Positions 33,711 through 47,287 are shown, counted from the whole stretch's first letter. The stretch: DNA of 63,923 nt, filler included, from Nemertoderma westbladi (GCA_032718475.1; 4 parts of 4 records of this genome joined end to end with filler, not necessarily neighbours in it); one strand, 5' to 3'. Translations and numbers: made by a program. Notes: a model not told the origin generated them from the sequence alone.

Positions 33711-36700
33711 CAAAGGCTAGACATGCTGACAAGGTTGGCGGCAGGCAATAAACCAACGGCGACCTACTGCGAAGACACTTTGTAGGAGTTGCGACCACAA
33801 GTGGTTTACTCTCGCAACTGAAAGATATGAGTATGAGAAACCTCCAGGAGAAATACCGGCTTGGTCGTCGTCCGGGTCAACAAGGACCGCGTCCCTCAGT
33901 GGTACACCAGGCTGGGCTCGATAAATTGGCTACTGGAACAGGCTACAGAGAAGAAACAAGAACCAACCTGTTGAAATGTAAAACGACACTAAAGATTGCT
34001 ACAATGAACACACGCACGCTGAAAGCATATAGCAAACAGGGTGACATGGTTGCTCTGTCAATGGAATATAACATCGACATCATCTGCATCCAAGAACATC
34101 GGATTTGTCATGAAGACACTGCCATGAAGTACAATGACATTGGAAATGGATGGACGTAAGTAACAAGCTCAGCAGTAAGAAACTCGGCCAATGCATCAAT
34201 TGGCGGAGTAGGAATTCTGCTAAGCCCATTTGCACTTAAGACCCTAAACAATATCGAATCTATAAATTCCAGGGTTATGATCGCAACATTTGATGGGAAT
34301 CCCAAGACAACAGTTATATGTTGCTAGAGTCCAACCAATGCCTCAGAGCCAGAACAAGCAGTCAAGTTTTATGAAGATCTGACTGGACTTATAAAGGACA
34401 TTCTGAAACACAATGTTAATGTCATTGCTGGTGAACTGAATGCGCAAATTGGCCCAGAAGACATCAAGGGTTACACCTATAACACCAGTTCCAACAGAAA
34501 TGGATACTTTCTTTTAGACCTAATGGATGAATGTGAATTGATACCAACATTGATACCAAAATTGATGCCACTATGGACTCAATACCCTAATGGAAACAAA
34601 GCACAACTGGATTGCATCCTTATAAACAAAAAGTGGAGAAACAGCATGATCAACTGCGAGGCATACAGCTCGTTCAACCTAATTGGTTCGGACCACAGAA
34701 TTGAGAGCCAGCAAACCCAGGACAAGCAAGCAAATCAACTATCACTGGAAGAAACTCAGAACTGACAATGCAGTAAAGGATGCTTACACAGTAGAAGTTC
34801 AAAACCGCTTTGAAGCACTTCAGTCAATGGATGAAGACCAGTCCACCGATTCAATATACCAGAATATAATAACAGCCTACAAGGAATCAGCTAAGAGGCA
34901 GTTCCCCCAGAAACCCAAACGAAAACAGTATGTGCCATGGCAAAACTCTGAGGTTACTTGTAAGAGTGAAGATCGTAAGATAGCCTACAAAGTTAAACCC
35001 GAACAACCAACAACAGAAAACATTAACAAGGTTGAGAAAGCTAAGGACGATCTTAAATTGGCCTACAACATCAGCATGGAAAAGTACATACAGGATAAAA
35101 TTGAAGCAATTACAACTGCTCACATACAGCAACAGTCAAGACTTACCTGGCAAACTGTAAATGAGGTATCTGGTCGGAAAAGTTGTGCAAAGGGGCGCCT
35201 CAAAGCCAATAGTCCTGAAGGACGTGTTGGGAAGTGGAAAAAATTCACTTCAGCAACTTGCTTGGACAGCCACCAAACATCGAGGTCAGCCCTACAAGGA
35301 AAATATATGACAAGACACTACCTATAGAAACAGGGGACTTCACACCTGCCGAACTCCAAAGAAACATTAAAAGCATGTCCAATAATAAAGCGAGTGGATT
35401 ATATGAAATCCCAGCGGAGGTATGGAAAACAGGAGTGCTAAACAGACCATTATTGAATGTTTGCAACCAGATGTTAAAAGGGGAAAAGCCTCCAGCAATT
35501 TGGACTAAAGGTCAACTAAAGCCTCTCCCCAAGAAAGGAGACCTCGGCATACCAACAAACTATCGTGGGATCTGTCTGCTTGTGGTAGCTGCCAAAATAT
35601 ACAATAAAATGATTCTATATAGGATTAGACCTCACATAGAGAAACTACTGCGTAAGAACCAAAACGGATTTCGACCAAGTAGATCAACAATAGCTCAGAT
35701 ACTTGCACTATAAAGACTGATTGAAGGAATTAAGTTGAAGAATCGCCCTGCAGTCATGACTTTTGTGGACTTCAAGAAGGCATTCGACTCCATCCATAGA
35801 TGCAAAATGCTTGAAATCCTAAGAGCTTATTGAATACCAGAAGTAATTGTTGCTGGCATTGGATTGTTATATTGTAACACAGAAGCGCAGGAACTCTCAC
35901 CAGATGGTGAAACTGAGTTTTTCTCAATCCTGGCTTGGGTACTGCAAGGTGACACATTAGCACCATTACTATTTGTAATTGTGCTGGATTACTCAATGAA
36001 GTAAAGATCTGGGATTCACACTTCAATAACACAGAAGTAGTAGATATCCGGCAACTACAGTCACAGACACCGACTTTGCGGATGACATCGCCCTGCTCTC
36101 TAATACCCTAGCAGATGCACAGCTTCTACTAAATAAAGTGGAGATGGCTGCTAAAGAGGTTGGATTGCATATAAATGCTACCAAGACCGAATTCATGACC
36201 TTTAATTTTTGTGGAAACTTGACAACCATTGACAATAATCAACAAAGGAAGGTCGACGACTTCCAGTACCTTGGATCATGGATAGAGAGTAGCAAAAAGA
36301 ACATAGAAGCTTGGGTAGCTCTATCAAAAATGGTTACCATCTGGAATTCAGATCTCTCCAGGCACCTGAAGACTAAGTTCTTTCGAGCCACAGTGGAAAG
36401 TGTATTTTTATACGTGGGTAAGACCTGGATACTGACTAAATCACTTGAACAACGAATTGATGGTTGCTGCACAAGACTACTAAGGGCAGCCCTAAACATC
36501 AGCTGGAGACAACATATGACAAACGCCAAGCTTTATGGTACAATACCACCTGTATCAACCACCCTCCTCCGTGAATGCAGATTAAGATTCAGTGGGCATT
36601 GCTGGCGAAGTAAAGACAAGGTCATACCAGATCTACTTTTCTGGCATCCAACTCATGGAAAGCGTAGTTGTGGATGACCAGCTATAACATATATAGATCA

Positions 36701-36816
36701 ACTTGAAAGGGATACTGAATCTTGGGAGAAACGAAATTGCGACAACTATGGAGAATTGGGAAGCCTGGAAGGATCTCATTTCCACTGTCCGAGTTCGGTC
36801 GACCTAGTAGTAGTAG
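33711..36816 (+). mobile_element. Near full-length decayed RTE LINE family A
   Basis: ATMNTRTL, ICIQEHR and RT motifs; (TAG)n tail; flanked by a 49-bp direct repeat. Confidence 0.92.
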
Positions 36817-37399
36817 TATCATACCGGTACCACATTAAGCTATTTCCGGACTTATGCATTTGAACTTCCCGCCAAATCAGTTCAACAATCAAATAAAAAA
36901 TTAGCTAGAGCTCTCCAAATAATTTTCTAGTATGCTCTATGAAAAATATATTTCACAATCTCCCATTAGGGGTTCCAAACCTATAAGGTAAATTAAGTTA
37001 CATTATATATCGGAAAGGCTGTGTAGAAGGTGAAATATAACCAAATCTGGTATAGTAAATGTTAAAATCGGTAAATTTGTTTTCGATAATATGAAGTGTA
37101 TTGATATATTTTTGTCCTTTAAAACAAACTTTATATTTAGAATATTGAGTAAGAGAGGGTGACTAAATTTTCCGAGTTAATTTAAGCATAGCTAGCCTTC
37201 AGGCATATAATAACTTGGAACTCCACAGGCATTAGTTATATTAGTAGTGTTATAACAGTATAATACATAGGAAAATCACACTAAATACTACTAGTGGTAT
37301 TTAGTATATAATAATACACACATGATAGTATCATTATCGATGTTGTCTGGTCTGCATACGATGAGTGATCCTTTAGTATAATCGATTTTTCTGAATCTG

Positions 37400-40300
37400 T
37401 GCTAAACAACAAGCACCTCATCATCGACTCTGATGAAAGATGTCGTTTTGGTGGAATAACCATCTCCAAGAAAGACATAGACTCTCTTCAGGGAGCTAGA
37501 TGGCTCACAGACTCGATATTGGAAGCGATTCTGTGTTTCTTTGGGGATGAGGCGAAACATTAAACCGCCAGGACTTTTAACTCCAACTTTCTCACAATAT
37601 TCGAAACACAGGGCTACGACACAGCTAGATGTTGGATTCAGAGGTGTAATATATTCCAGATTGATATCATGTTCTTTCCCCTCCTTGTTAATCAAAGCCA
37701 CTGGATCCTTTTAGTGTTCAAACCCAAGGAGAGGAAGATATTCATCTTTGACTCTTTCAGTGGATGTCACTCTGAATACACTGATCTTCTCTCAAACTGG
37801 GCTGTCTAGGAGGCAACAAATAAAGGGATTGCTGAAATAACTGTCAAGGTCCAGGTTGTGCTCCCCCATCGGCTGTAATACAAAAGTTTTGAGTGTGGAG
37901 TTTACATCTGTCGGTTTGCGAGAATGTGTCTCTATAGAGAAAGTCTTGCTGGGATCAATGATCAATCAATCAAGCTTTTCCGAATTGAATTTGTGTCTCT
38001 TGTAGAGCACCATTCACAGCCAGCCATAACCTCTTCAACAGTACTTGCACCACCATCCATCCCAACAGGTTCAGAAGCTTGTTCTCAGGATCCCTTCCAT
38101 GAACAGGCAGTGGAACAAACTACACAAGGAGATAGTGGCGAACCAACAGTCATCTCCACTAAGCCATCATGTCCAGTTTGCATGCAGAAAATCTCTGCCA
38201 ATACTAATGGCAAACTCAAGGTTCATGGCCCCATTTACGATCATTGTCCTGGCTCTGGTTCCTCAGCAGTGCCAACTGCCAAGTTTATAGCATCTGAACC
38301 CAGTCAAACCAGCTCTCAGTCTGCCTCAATACTCACACCTACCACAGCAACTAGCTTGTTGGAGATTGTGCAGTAACATCACACTAAACAGCTTTGACAC
38401 GTTCCAAAATCATTGATATCAAACCTGGCTGACCTTCACAGTGACATGTTAACTTCAGTGATAGCAGATCCATCCTCTATAAGGGAGCCATCCGTCTCGC
38501 ATCCTCAACCTCAACAATGGCCCCCAATACTGCTAAGACGATGGAGCAGCTGAGAGCCAAATATCCAGGAAGCACACCAGATAGACGACCAGCTCCACCA
38601 TCAAACATAACATCAGCCAAGCCCTGCACCACTGGAGCCCTCATGAAACTGATTGCGTCCTTCCCTTGAGGTAGTGCGGGAAGTCTAGATGGAATGAGGC
38701 CACAGATATTGAAGGACCTTAGAGCACAAACAAATTGAGAGTCTGGGTTCTGGCTCCTTACATCTTTGTGTAAGTTTGTGGATATTGTTATCTCTGGAAA
38801 TGTTCCAGAGCCTATCCGACCATCATTCGTTGGGGCGAATCTGTTTGCCTTTACGAAGAGTTCGGGAGGTGTCCATCCTATCGCAGTAGGCAACACCATC
38901 CACCGACTATGTGCCAAATTTGCAGGTTACATTGTCAAAGATGAACGAGTTTCATCCTATGATGTAACCCAACTCGTAATAGGAACAAAGAATGGTGCTG
39001 AGGCTACAGCCCATGTGACCAGGTAAATGACCCTCACCACCAATGATCCGATGGATGTGTTGCTAAAGGTTGATTTTAGCAACGCATTAAACACACTACG
39101 ACGGGATACCATCCTAGAGACTGTCTCCCAGCGGTATCCTTCAATCTATAACTACATGCTTGCAGCTTATGGCAGGCCAAGCTATCTTATACATGATGAC
39201 TCTACTTGAATGGGAGGAAGGTGTACACCAGGGAGATCAGGAGGGACCACCTATTTTTAGTGACACCATCAATGACTTCATCCAGACCTTAGACTCAATC
39301 ATCTGGTACTTAGACGATACCCAGAAAAGTGAGAGTTGTTCTTCCTAGGTCCAGTTTCCCCAGCAGATCGTGCACATATCAAAGACAAGTTCAACTCACT
39401 GTGTTGAGGAATTCAGTTCCCACCACTAGAAAACCTGAACTGGCTGGGAGTCCCAATTGGAACCATAGCTGCCATGAAATTTCTTTTACCGAAGATTGAT
39501 TTTCTGGCCACTGTCAACAGTCGACTTCATCTCCTAGACGGCCACCATGCATTCTTCTTGCTGAAAAACCCTTTCATCATCCCAAGGTTAACATATTTTC
39601 TCTGCGCTGCACCATGCTTTAATCACCCTGATATATTAGACAAATACGACCAAACTGTAAGATCTGCTGCACTCCAGCAGGTTACAAACGTCACCATCTC
39701 TGACACTGCTTGGATACAGGCTTGCCTTCCTGCCCAAATGGGTGGTCTCAGATTGACATCAGCAGTACACCTCGCCCCTCCTGCCTTCTTGGCTTCTGTG
39801 GCTGCCTGCTCCACACTGTCAAACTGCCTTCTCCCTTCAGGAATAAAGAGCACTTCTCTGGATCCTGCTCCATCATGTGCCCTGGATTTGTGGACATCAA
39901 CTGTTTGCCCTGAATCAGTGCCCCCTGATTCTCCCTATCAGAGCGCTTGGATCCAACTGATCCATGAATATAAACTGGTAACACTAAGGAAGAATGCCAA
40001 ACCATCGGTCATTTCCCGGCTAAACTCAGTGGAGGATCATGTGGCTGGTTGTTGGGTTGCAGCTCACTCTGCCTAAAGTTATCTGATGCTCAGTTCTGCA
40101 TCTCCGTCACTATTTGCCTTGGCTGCACCATTACAGAGCCCCATATCTGCGCCAGGTGTAGTAACCAAGTCCATGCGGATGGGTTACATGGTCTCTCTTG
40201 ACAGAAGAGTGCTGGCCGATTCGCCCACCACTCTATGATGAATGATATTGTCAAACGGGGTTTAGCCAGTTGCAATATTCCGTCCTTATTAGAACCACCT

Positions 40301-40500
40301 GGTCTTTGTAGGGAAGATGGGAAACGGGTGGATGGCATGACCTTAGTACCTTGGGAGCAAGGGAAGACTGTTACCTGGGATGCCACTGTAGTAGACCCCC
40401 TAGCACCTAGCCACCAAGTCACCAGCCAATCAGCAGGGGGCCGATTGCTGAGGAGCAAGAGAAGTCTAAAACCTTTGGCCGTGTCTTTGATATTCTGGAA
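37400..40500 (+). mobile_element. Decayed CRE-like non-LTR retrotransposon (Ulp1 protease, zinc finger, RT, REL endonuclease)
   Basis: CPVC..HGP..HCPGS; GGVHPIAVGNTIHRL, KVDFSNALN, GVHQGD, WYLDD; REL region EPPGL..DGKRVDG..WDATV. Boundaries approximate. Confidence 0.8.
37450..37925 (+). pseudogene. Ulp1/SENP (peptidase C48) domain
   Basis: Hand translation: ITISKKDIDSLQGARWLTDSIL, FNSNFLT..GYDTARCW..NIFQIDIMFFPLL..SHWILLV..IFIFDS, ECGVYIC. His, Asp and Cys residues are all visible. Confidence 0.85.
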
Positions 40501-40656
40501 GATCCACTACCACTAGCGCAGCATTTGAATTGATCTTGAGTTTTTCCATTTATAGTCTACCATTTAGAAACTGAATTAATAATTTTAAACACGTTTTAGA
40601 ACGATGCCATAAGTTAAAAAAAAAAAAAACTAATTCCCCATTATACAGTCCCTTAC

Positions 40657-40779
40657 CTTCACACAACATCCCATCTCCTGTGTACCCAGCTTGGCAGGTA
40701 CAATCGAATGAACCCGGTGTGTTGGTACAGTCGGCTTTATCATAACAATCATCAGTTTTATCGTGGCATTCGTCGATGT
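40657..40779 (-). CDS. Single internal exon encoding a calcium-binding EGF domain (host gene unidentified)
   Basis: DIDECHDKTDDCYDKADCTNTPGSFDCTCQAGYTGDGMLCE; 123 bp, TTTTAG acceptor, GTAAGG donor, phase 1-1. Confidence 0.9.
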
Positions 40780-41261
40780 CTAAAATATGTGAAGTTTCAA
40801 AAAATGTAGTCATTTAATTTAATATAATTGTATAATAATTTTATAATTGTAATGTGTTTTTTTAAATAACATATATAATTAATATTTATTATATTATTAT
40901 ATGAACAGATGAAGGCTATAATAAGTATTGAAAATTATAAGCCTCCCAATCAAAATTATAATTTTCAATATTAGTATATTCTTTCCTAATAAATACTGTA
41001 TACCTAAATGTAAAACAACTAAACTAGTCTTATCTAAAATATACCATATCAATCAGCATATATCATAGTCGAAAGAATTGCTGTTATTTGCACCGGTATT
41101 TATCATGTCCTTTATATGCCTGGGAGGCCATCACCATCTTCCAACCCAAAACCAGAACGCCACTTGACTCGTGATCCTCAGAGGCAATGCGACGTACAGA
41201 TTCGCAATGATAGCGAACTGGACGCGCTGCCTCACCCAGCCCATCGTAACACTGTAGGCCT

Positions 41262-41361
41262 NNNNNNNNNNNNNNNNNNNNNNNNNNNNNNNNNNNNNNN
41301 NNNNNTTAATTAATTAANNNNNNNNNNNNNNNNNNNNNNNNNNNNNNNNNNNNNNNNNNNN
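41262..41361. other. Artificial contig linker
   Basis: 100-bp N/TTAATTAATTAA spacer. Confidence 0.97.
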
Positions 41362-41369
41362 AAAATATC

Positions 41370-41612
41370 ATGCTGCACAACGGACTAATATTACATACAG
41401 TATAACGGACTAATATTGCATACTGCATAATGGACTAATATTGCATACTGCATAATGGACTAATACTGTGGATACAGCGCCATATACCGTAACAGTATAC
41501 CTTGGTACACTACCTTGGTACACAAAACGTATACCTTGAAAATTTTATCCAAGTATAACTTGGTACACAAAATGTATACCTTGGTACACAAAATGTATAC
41601 CTTGGTACACAA
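41370..41612. repeat. Two short tandem arrays (25-bp GGACTAATATTGCATACTGCATAAT and 21-bp CCTTGGTACACAAAATGTATA)
   Basis: Directly visible. Confidence 0.8.
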
Positions 41613-41716
41613 ATTGTTCGGCAAGAAATAAAAAATAATAATTTGCAACGCTTTGAGCCACGTTTATTGACCAATGACCATATATAAGGTTTTCTCAAGC
41701 TAAATACTTACACAAA

Positions 41717-42045
41717 ACCGCCTCCGCTTCGCAGGACATTGCATTCGCCATGAAGACAAGCCTGTACACAATCTTAAGCTTTGGCAGGCTCATGGATTAA
41801 ATAAGCTAGGTGGACTGTCCATGACTTTCTTACAGGAACAAATTGCCTTAAAGGTCCGGATTATCTCGCGAAAGTCTAGGGGATAGGGAGTTGTGTCGGC
41901 GCATTTTTGTTGACAAGCCGGCATAACGTTCATAATGCACGCTGCATCACAGCAATCCAATTGTAGATTGCATGGTGTGGTGGTGGCACCATATTTTTTT
42001 TGTTAAACCGTTATAGCATCTTAATATGCAGCTGCAATGCAGCAG
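41717..42045 (+). mobile_element. RTE family B 3' fragment
   Basis: CGCCTCCGCTTCGCAGGACATTGC.. homologous to 31511-31760. Confidence 0.8.
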
Positions 42046-44209
42046 ATACTACAGAATACTGCTTATCAATTGATAAGCAAGGCACCTTTCGATTTTTCTG
42101 ACAAACCCATGTCATGTCAATCAGCCTAGGTCCGAGCCTATCCACCGTGTCACTTCGAACGTCACTTCAAATGGGTCTGTTTCTCCATCGGTTGTACAGA
42201 CAAATGTACATTATTGTCTGGTTGTCTTAACTTCTGATTTAATGTGAAAACATTCAACTTTTTCGATGTTTATAATTATTCTATTCAAGCTGACAGCTTA
42301 CATGTCCTTTACATTCTAACCAAAACAATAAACGAAACTCAATAAAACAGGTTACAGTTTTATTTTTGCTACTAGTACTCAGCTGTTGTTTGCGTCGAAT
42401 TTCCCCTGGAGATGGATGAATTTTTATCGAATGTGCCCCCCTCCCCCTATCCAAGGCGTACTATACTATATAATTCAAAATAATACTGGTATAATATAAC
42501 AATAACTATTTACATCATTGTGTCTGTGTGTAAAGTAGCAATTTGCAGCGTTATAACCCGAGTTTATTTATGTACCGAGCGAGCGCAGCGAGGGAGGTTT
42601 ACATATATAAACAAGGGTCTTTAACGCTGAAAAGTGACCTTTGCAAGCAATGATGTATGTAATTTTGTTACATTATGTCAACTTATCAGAGTTCGGTATG
42701 TGAAGAAAGGATTTTATGTATACTCATTTATACATTTTAATGATGTACTATATCGAATATAAGTGAAATTTATTAACAGATACACAGTATTAATTATACA
42801 TATAAATCTCATTAAAGTTTATTGGAAGTTATCTCCTGCTTGGATGTGATAATCATTAATCAATCTTGACTGACTATAGTCGACTGAAGCAAACTTAGTC
42901 ACCGTCTTGTGGGTACTAGTGTGTTATAGGTACACCCCCCCCCCCCCCCCCCCTCAAATTTTTTTAACTAGCTAGTTACCAGAAAAGTAGATCTGGTATG
43001 ACCTCGTCTTTACTTCGCCAGCAGTGACCACTGAATCTTAATCTGCGTTCACGGAGGGTGGTTGATACAGGTGGTATTGTACCATAAAGCTCGGCGTTTG
43101 TCATGTGTTGTCTCCAGCTGATGTTTAGGGCTGCCCTTAGTAGTCTTGAGTAGCAACCATCAATTCGTTGTTCAAGTGATTTAGTCAGTGTCCAGGTCTC
43201 ACCCCCGTATAAAAATACACTTCCCACTGTGGCTCGAAAGAACTTAGTCTTCAGGTGCCTGGAGAGATCTGATTTCCAGATGGCATCCATTTTTGATAGA
43301 GCTACCCAAGCCTTTGCTTTCCTAACTTCTATATCCTTTTTGCTACTCTCTATCCATGATCCAAGGTACTGGAAGTCGTCGGCCTTCCTTAGTTGATTAT
43401 TATCAATGGTTGTCAAGTTTCCATCAACATTAAAGGTCATGAATTCGGTCTTGGTAGCATTTATATGCAATCCAACCTCCTTAGCAGCCCTCTCCACTTT
43501 ATTTAGTAGAAGCTGAGCATCTGCTAGCGTATTAGAGAGCAGGGCGATGTCATCCGCAAAGTCGGTGTCTGTGACTGTAGTTGCCGGATATCTACTTCTT
43601 CTGCGTTCTTGAATTGTGAATCCCAGATCTTCACCCTTTGTGTCCGTCCTCATTGCGTAATCCAGCACGATTACAAATAGTAATAGTGCTAATGTGTCAC
43701 CTTGCAGTACGCCAGCCAGGATTGTGAAAACCTCAGTTCCACCATCTGGTGAGCGTACCTGCGCTTCTGTGTCACAATATAACAATCCAATGCCAGCAAC
43801 AATTACTTCTGGTATTCCATAAGCTGTTAGGATTTCAAGCATTTTACCTCTATGGATGGAGTCGAATGCTTTCTTGAAGTCCACAAAAGTCATGACTGCG
43901 GGGAGATTCTTTGACTTAATTCCTTCAATCAGTCTCCGTAGTGCAAGTATCTGAGCTATTGTTGATCTATTTGGTCGAAATCCGTTTTGGCTCTTACGCA
44001 GTAGTTTCTTTATGTGAGGCCCAATCCTATATAGAATCATTTTATTGTATATTTTGGTAGCTACCACAAGCAGACAGATCCCACGATAGTTTGTTGGTAT
44101 ACCGAGGTCTCCTTTCTTGGGGAGAGGCTTTAGTTGACCTTTAGTCCAAATTGGTGGTGGCTTTTCCTCTTTTAACATCCGGTTGAAAACATTCAATAAT
44201 GGTCTGTTT

Positions 44210-45569
44210 TAGGGATGTCCCGGAATTCCGTTCCGGCCGGAATTCCGGCGGTTTTTGAACGATTCCGGTTCCGGCCGGAATTGCCGGAATGGGGTCAATT
44301 CCGGCCGGAATTTTACCGGAATTACAAGGTTCCTAGCTAGTTTGATCGTTGCAATTAGTTTGTTAAATTATTATCAAAATTTATATATATTTATAACATA
44401 TACTTACCAATTGAATTAGTTTAAGATACTTGTCAACACTTGTAGTTGTAAAAAAAATAAACAAGTAAACTTTTATTCGGCAGTTAGAGCTACCACTTAA
44501 GGATGAAAGTCAGAGATGCGCCCTGGCTAGTCCAATCAAGCATTCATGCCGAAACGAAAACTGCCCTGGCCCTCATGTGGGGATCGAACCCTCGACCTCC
44601 AGAGAGATGTAAATTCAATGCAACCACTACACTAAGGTGGAGTCTAACTAAACTATGTAACGAGGGAAAATTGCTGCCACCGTGTTTTTTAAAGTGAATT
44701 CAGTCTTGATGGGTGAGACAGGGGGGGGGGGGGGGGGGGACTGAACGCAAATCCCATCTTGGCGAATTAATGTCCCGCCTCAATGTTAAATTCTCAATTT
44801 AGGGAAAGGAGCAGGTAACACTGGCACGTTATTTCAACCAAAATAATAAACTAAACAATAGTATTCGTATACAATTCACAACCGCCTTAATTTACATCAT
44901 GTTAAACCTTTTGTCGCTTTGAAGCGATTTTATATGAAATGCATTAGGCCCATAAGTAGTTTTCAGATTTTATCTGAGTCCGTATGTGAAAAGTATAGCT
45001 CCCGTGCTCCATTGGTACCACATAAGTCAAAAGTAATTTGTTAAAATATATAAGATGCGTCTCACATTTACTACATATTTCTACTCAAAGTAACCAATCA
45101 CAGGCCTTCAGCATGCCATAAGTCATGAGTTGATTATTGTAGATGGAATTATTATTATTATTTCAGATAGGGGGAAAATTGGACGCAATAAAAATTAATC
45201 CCTCTCCAGGAGAAATTCGACGCAAATAACAGCTGATTACTCTCAAAAATTGAATTCCATGTCGTTTAAGGCCGAAGTATGGGGGTACTTCCCGTCCCAT
45301 AAACGGCCATAACGGGCGCCAGGCCGCTCTCCACTCCACCCACTTTAATTGCCCCTAGGTGCTGATTGATCTCTAGTAAACTTGGCTTTAGAAATTAAAA
45401 AATTCATTTATTTCACAAAAAAATATAAAGTTTCATGGGTCATTTAGTGTATTTCACTAATTATACAAAATTCCGGTTCCGGCCGGAATTCCGGCCGGAA
45501 TATTCCGGCATGTTGAATTCCGGTTCCGGTTCCGGCCGGAATCAAAATATCGATTCCGGGACATCCCTA
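44210..45569. mobile_element. Non-autonomous hAT element, 1360 bp
   Basis: TIR TAGGGATGTCCCGGAAT; 8-bp TSD GTCTGTTT (44202-09, 45570-77); subterminal TTCCGGCCGGAA repeats. Confidence 0.92.
44455..44640 (-). mobile_element. tRNA-derived SINE-like sequence inside the hAT element
   Basis: A box TAGTGTAGTGG and B box GGTTCGATCC in a 74-nt head ending GGCCA (44567-44640). No proper anticodon arm. Confidence 0.55.
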
Positions 45570-46935
45570 GTCTGTTTAGCACTCCTGTTTTCCATACCTC
45601 CGCTGTGATTTCGTCTAATCCACTCGCTTTATTATTGGACATGCTTTTAATGCTTCTTTGGAGTTCGGCAGGTGTGAATTCCCCTGTCTCTATAGGTAGT
45701 GTCTTGTCATATATTTTCCTTGTAGGGCTGACCTTGATGTTTGGTGGCTGCCCAAGCAAGTTGCTAAAGTGATTTTTCCACTTCCCAACAAGTCCTTCAG
45801 GACTATCGGCCTTGAGGCGCCCCTTTGCACAACTTTTCCGACCAGATACCTCATTTACAGTTTGCCAGGTAAGTCGTGATTGTTGCTGTATGTGAGCAGT
45901 TGTGATTGCTTCAATTTTATCCTGTATGTACTTTTCCTGGCTGATGTTGTAGGCCAATTTAAGATCGTCCTTAGCTTTCTCAACCTTGTTAATGGTTTCG
46001 GTTGTTGGTTGTTCGGTTTTAACTTTGTAGGCTATCTTAAGATCTTCTCTCTTCCAAGTAACCTCAGAGTTTTGCCATGGCACATGCTGTTTTCGTTTGG
46101 GTTTCTGGGGGATATGCCTCTTAGCTGACATTACGAAATGATTGTATATATATTATATATATACAAATTTATGAAATATTTATTTTTTATCTTTTATAAT
46201 TTTTTGTCACTATTTTCTATGCCGACAACCTTCTACCAATACAAAGGTCTTATTTGTTACTTTGGGAGTATTGATGAATGTTCTAGAACACATTATCTAC
46301 CAGTGTGTTTTGTGTAGTTGTTTTAAAAACATATGGTAAAGATAGAGTGAAATATTATTATTGTTCTGACCCCATCGTCATACTTTTCTATAATATTTGT
46401 GCTACTGTGGTGTAGATCATACACAAGGAAATCGATTACGGAAAATTGATTATGATAAAATCCACTTTATTAAGATTAAATGTGTTTTTGTCAGCGTATG
46501 CTGTGGTAGTTTCCGCTTTAGATGGGGATGCAAATATTACTACTACTACATGTAACTACAACGGGTTGCAACGCGAATGAAAGAATATGCAAAGAATGCA
46601 GAGAAGTTATACGCATTGCTTTTTGTTGTTCTGACGAGAGACAAGTGGAGGCAGTTGTCAAATTTTTTGAAAGCGGTGAAGTTGGTAATGATTCTTCTGG
46701 TGATTCCTCTGGTGATCTTGTTGATCAGTATCGTGTGTTGCTTCACATGTTGTCTGTATTTGAAAATTAGGAATGGAACTGGATTTAGAATGGAACTAAA
46801 TGTTTATTTATAATTAGAATAAACGGCGTACAATAATTCTTGCAATCTTTGAACGCCTATATCTCAGCTGTTTCTCAACGAAATTCAGATATTGTTACAT
46901 ATTTGTTATCCTTGAAACTCAAGCGTTCTAGGTTC

Positions 46936-47287
46936 CACCGCATTTGTGTCTTCTATTGATGGTGACACTGACTGATCCATTCGAAGTGTTATGTGGAGTC
47001 CTGTAGGGTGACACACTTGCACTATTCTTATTTATAATTGTGGTTGACTATGTTCTACGCATGTCCTTAGATCATAATAATGATGATGAGGTGATGGTAA
47101 CTTCACCTACTGGCTCCAGAAGTAGAGGATGTCCAGCCAAGCACCTAACTGATCTCGACATATTTACGTAGGAGTACTCTCAGAATCACTAGCGGTAGTC
47201 CAACTGCTTATCAGCTCAATAGAACAGGCTGCTTCTAGAGTTGCTTTATTTGTTAACTCCAAGAAGACCGAAATTTTGACAGTTAAC
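46936..47287 (+). mobile_element. RTE family B RT fragment
   Basis: Homologous to about 30764-31105. Confidence 0.85.

Larger units (their letters stand above)
42979..46128 (-). mobile_element. RTE family A internal fragment (RT ORF 42976-44196), split by a hAT element
   Basis: RT motifs including DFADDIAL; near-identical to the other family A copies. Confidence 0.92.

Noticed and set aside
44567-44640. Functional tRNA gene
   Set aside because: Anticodon arm and acceptor stem do not pair properly; treated as a SINE head.
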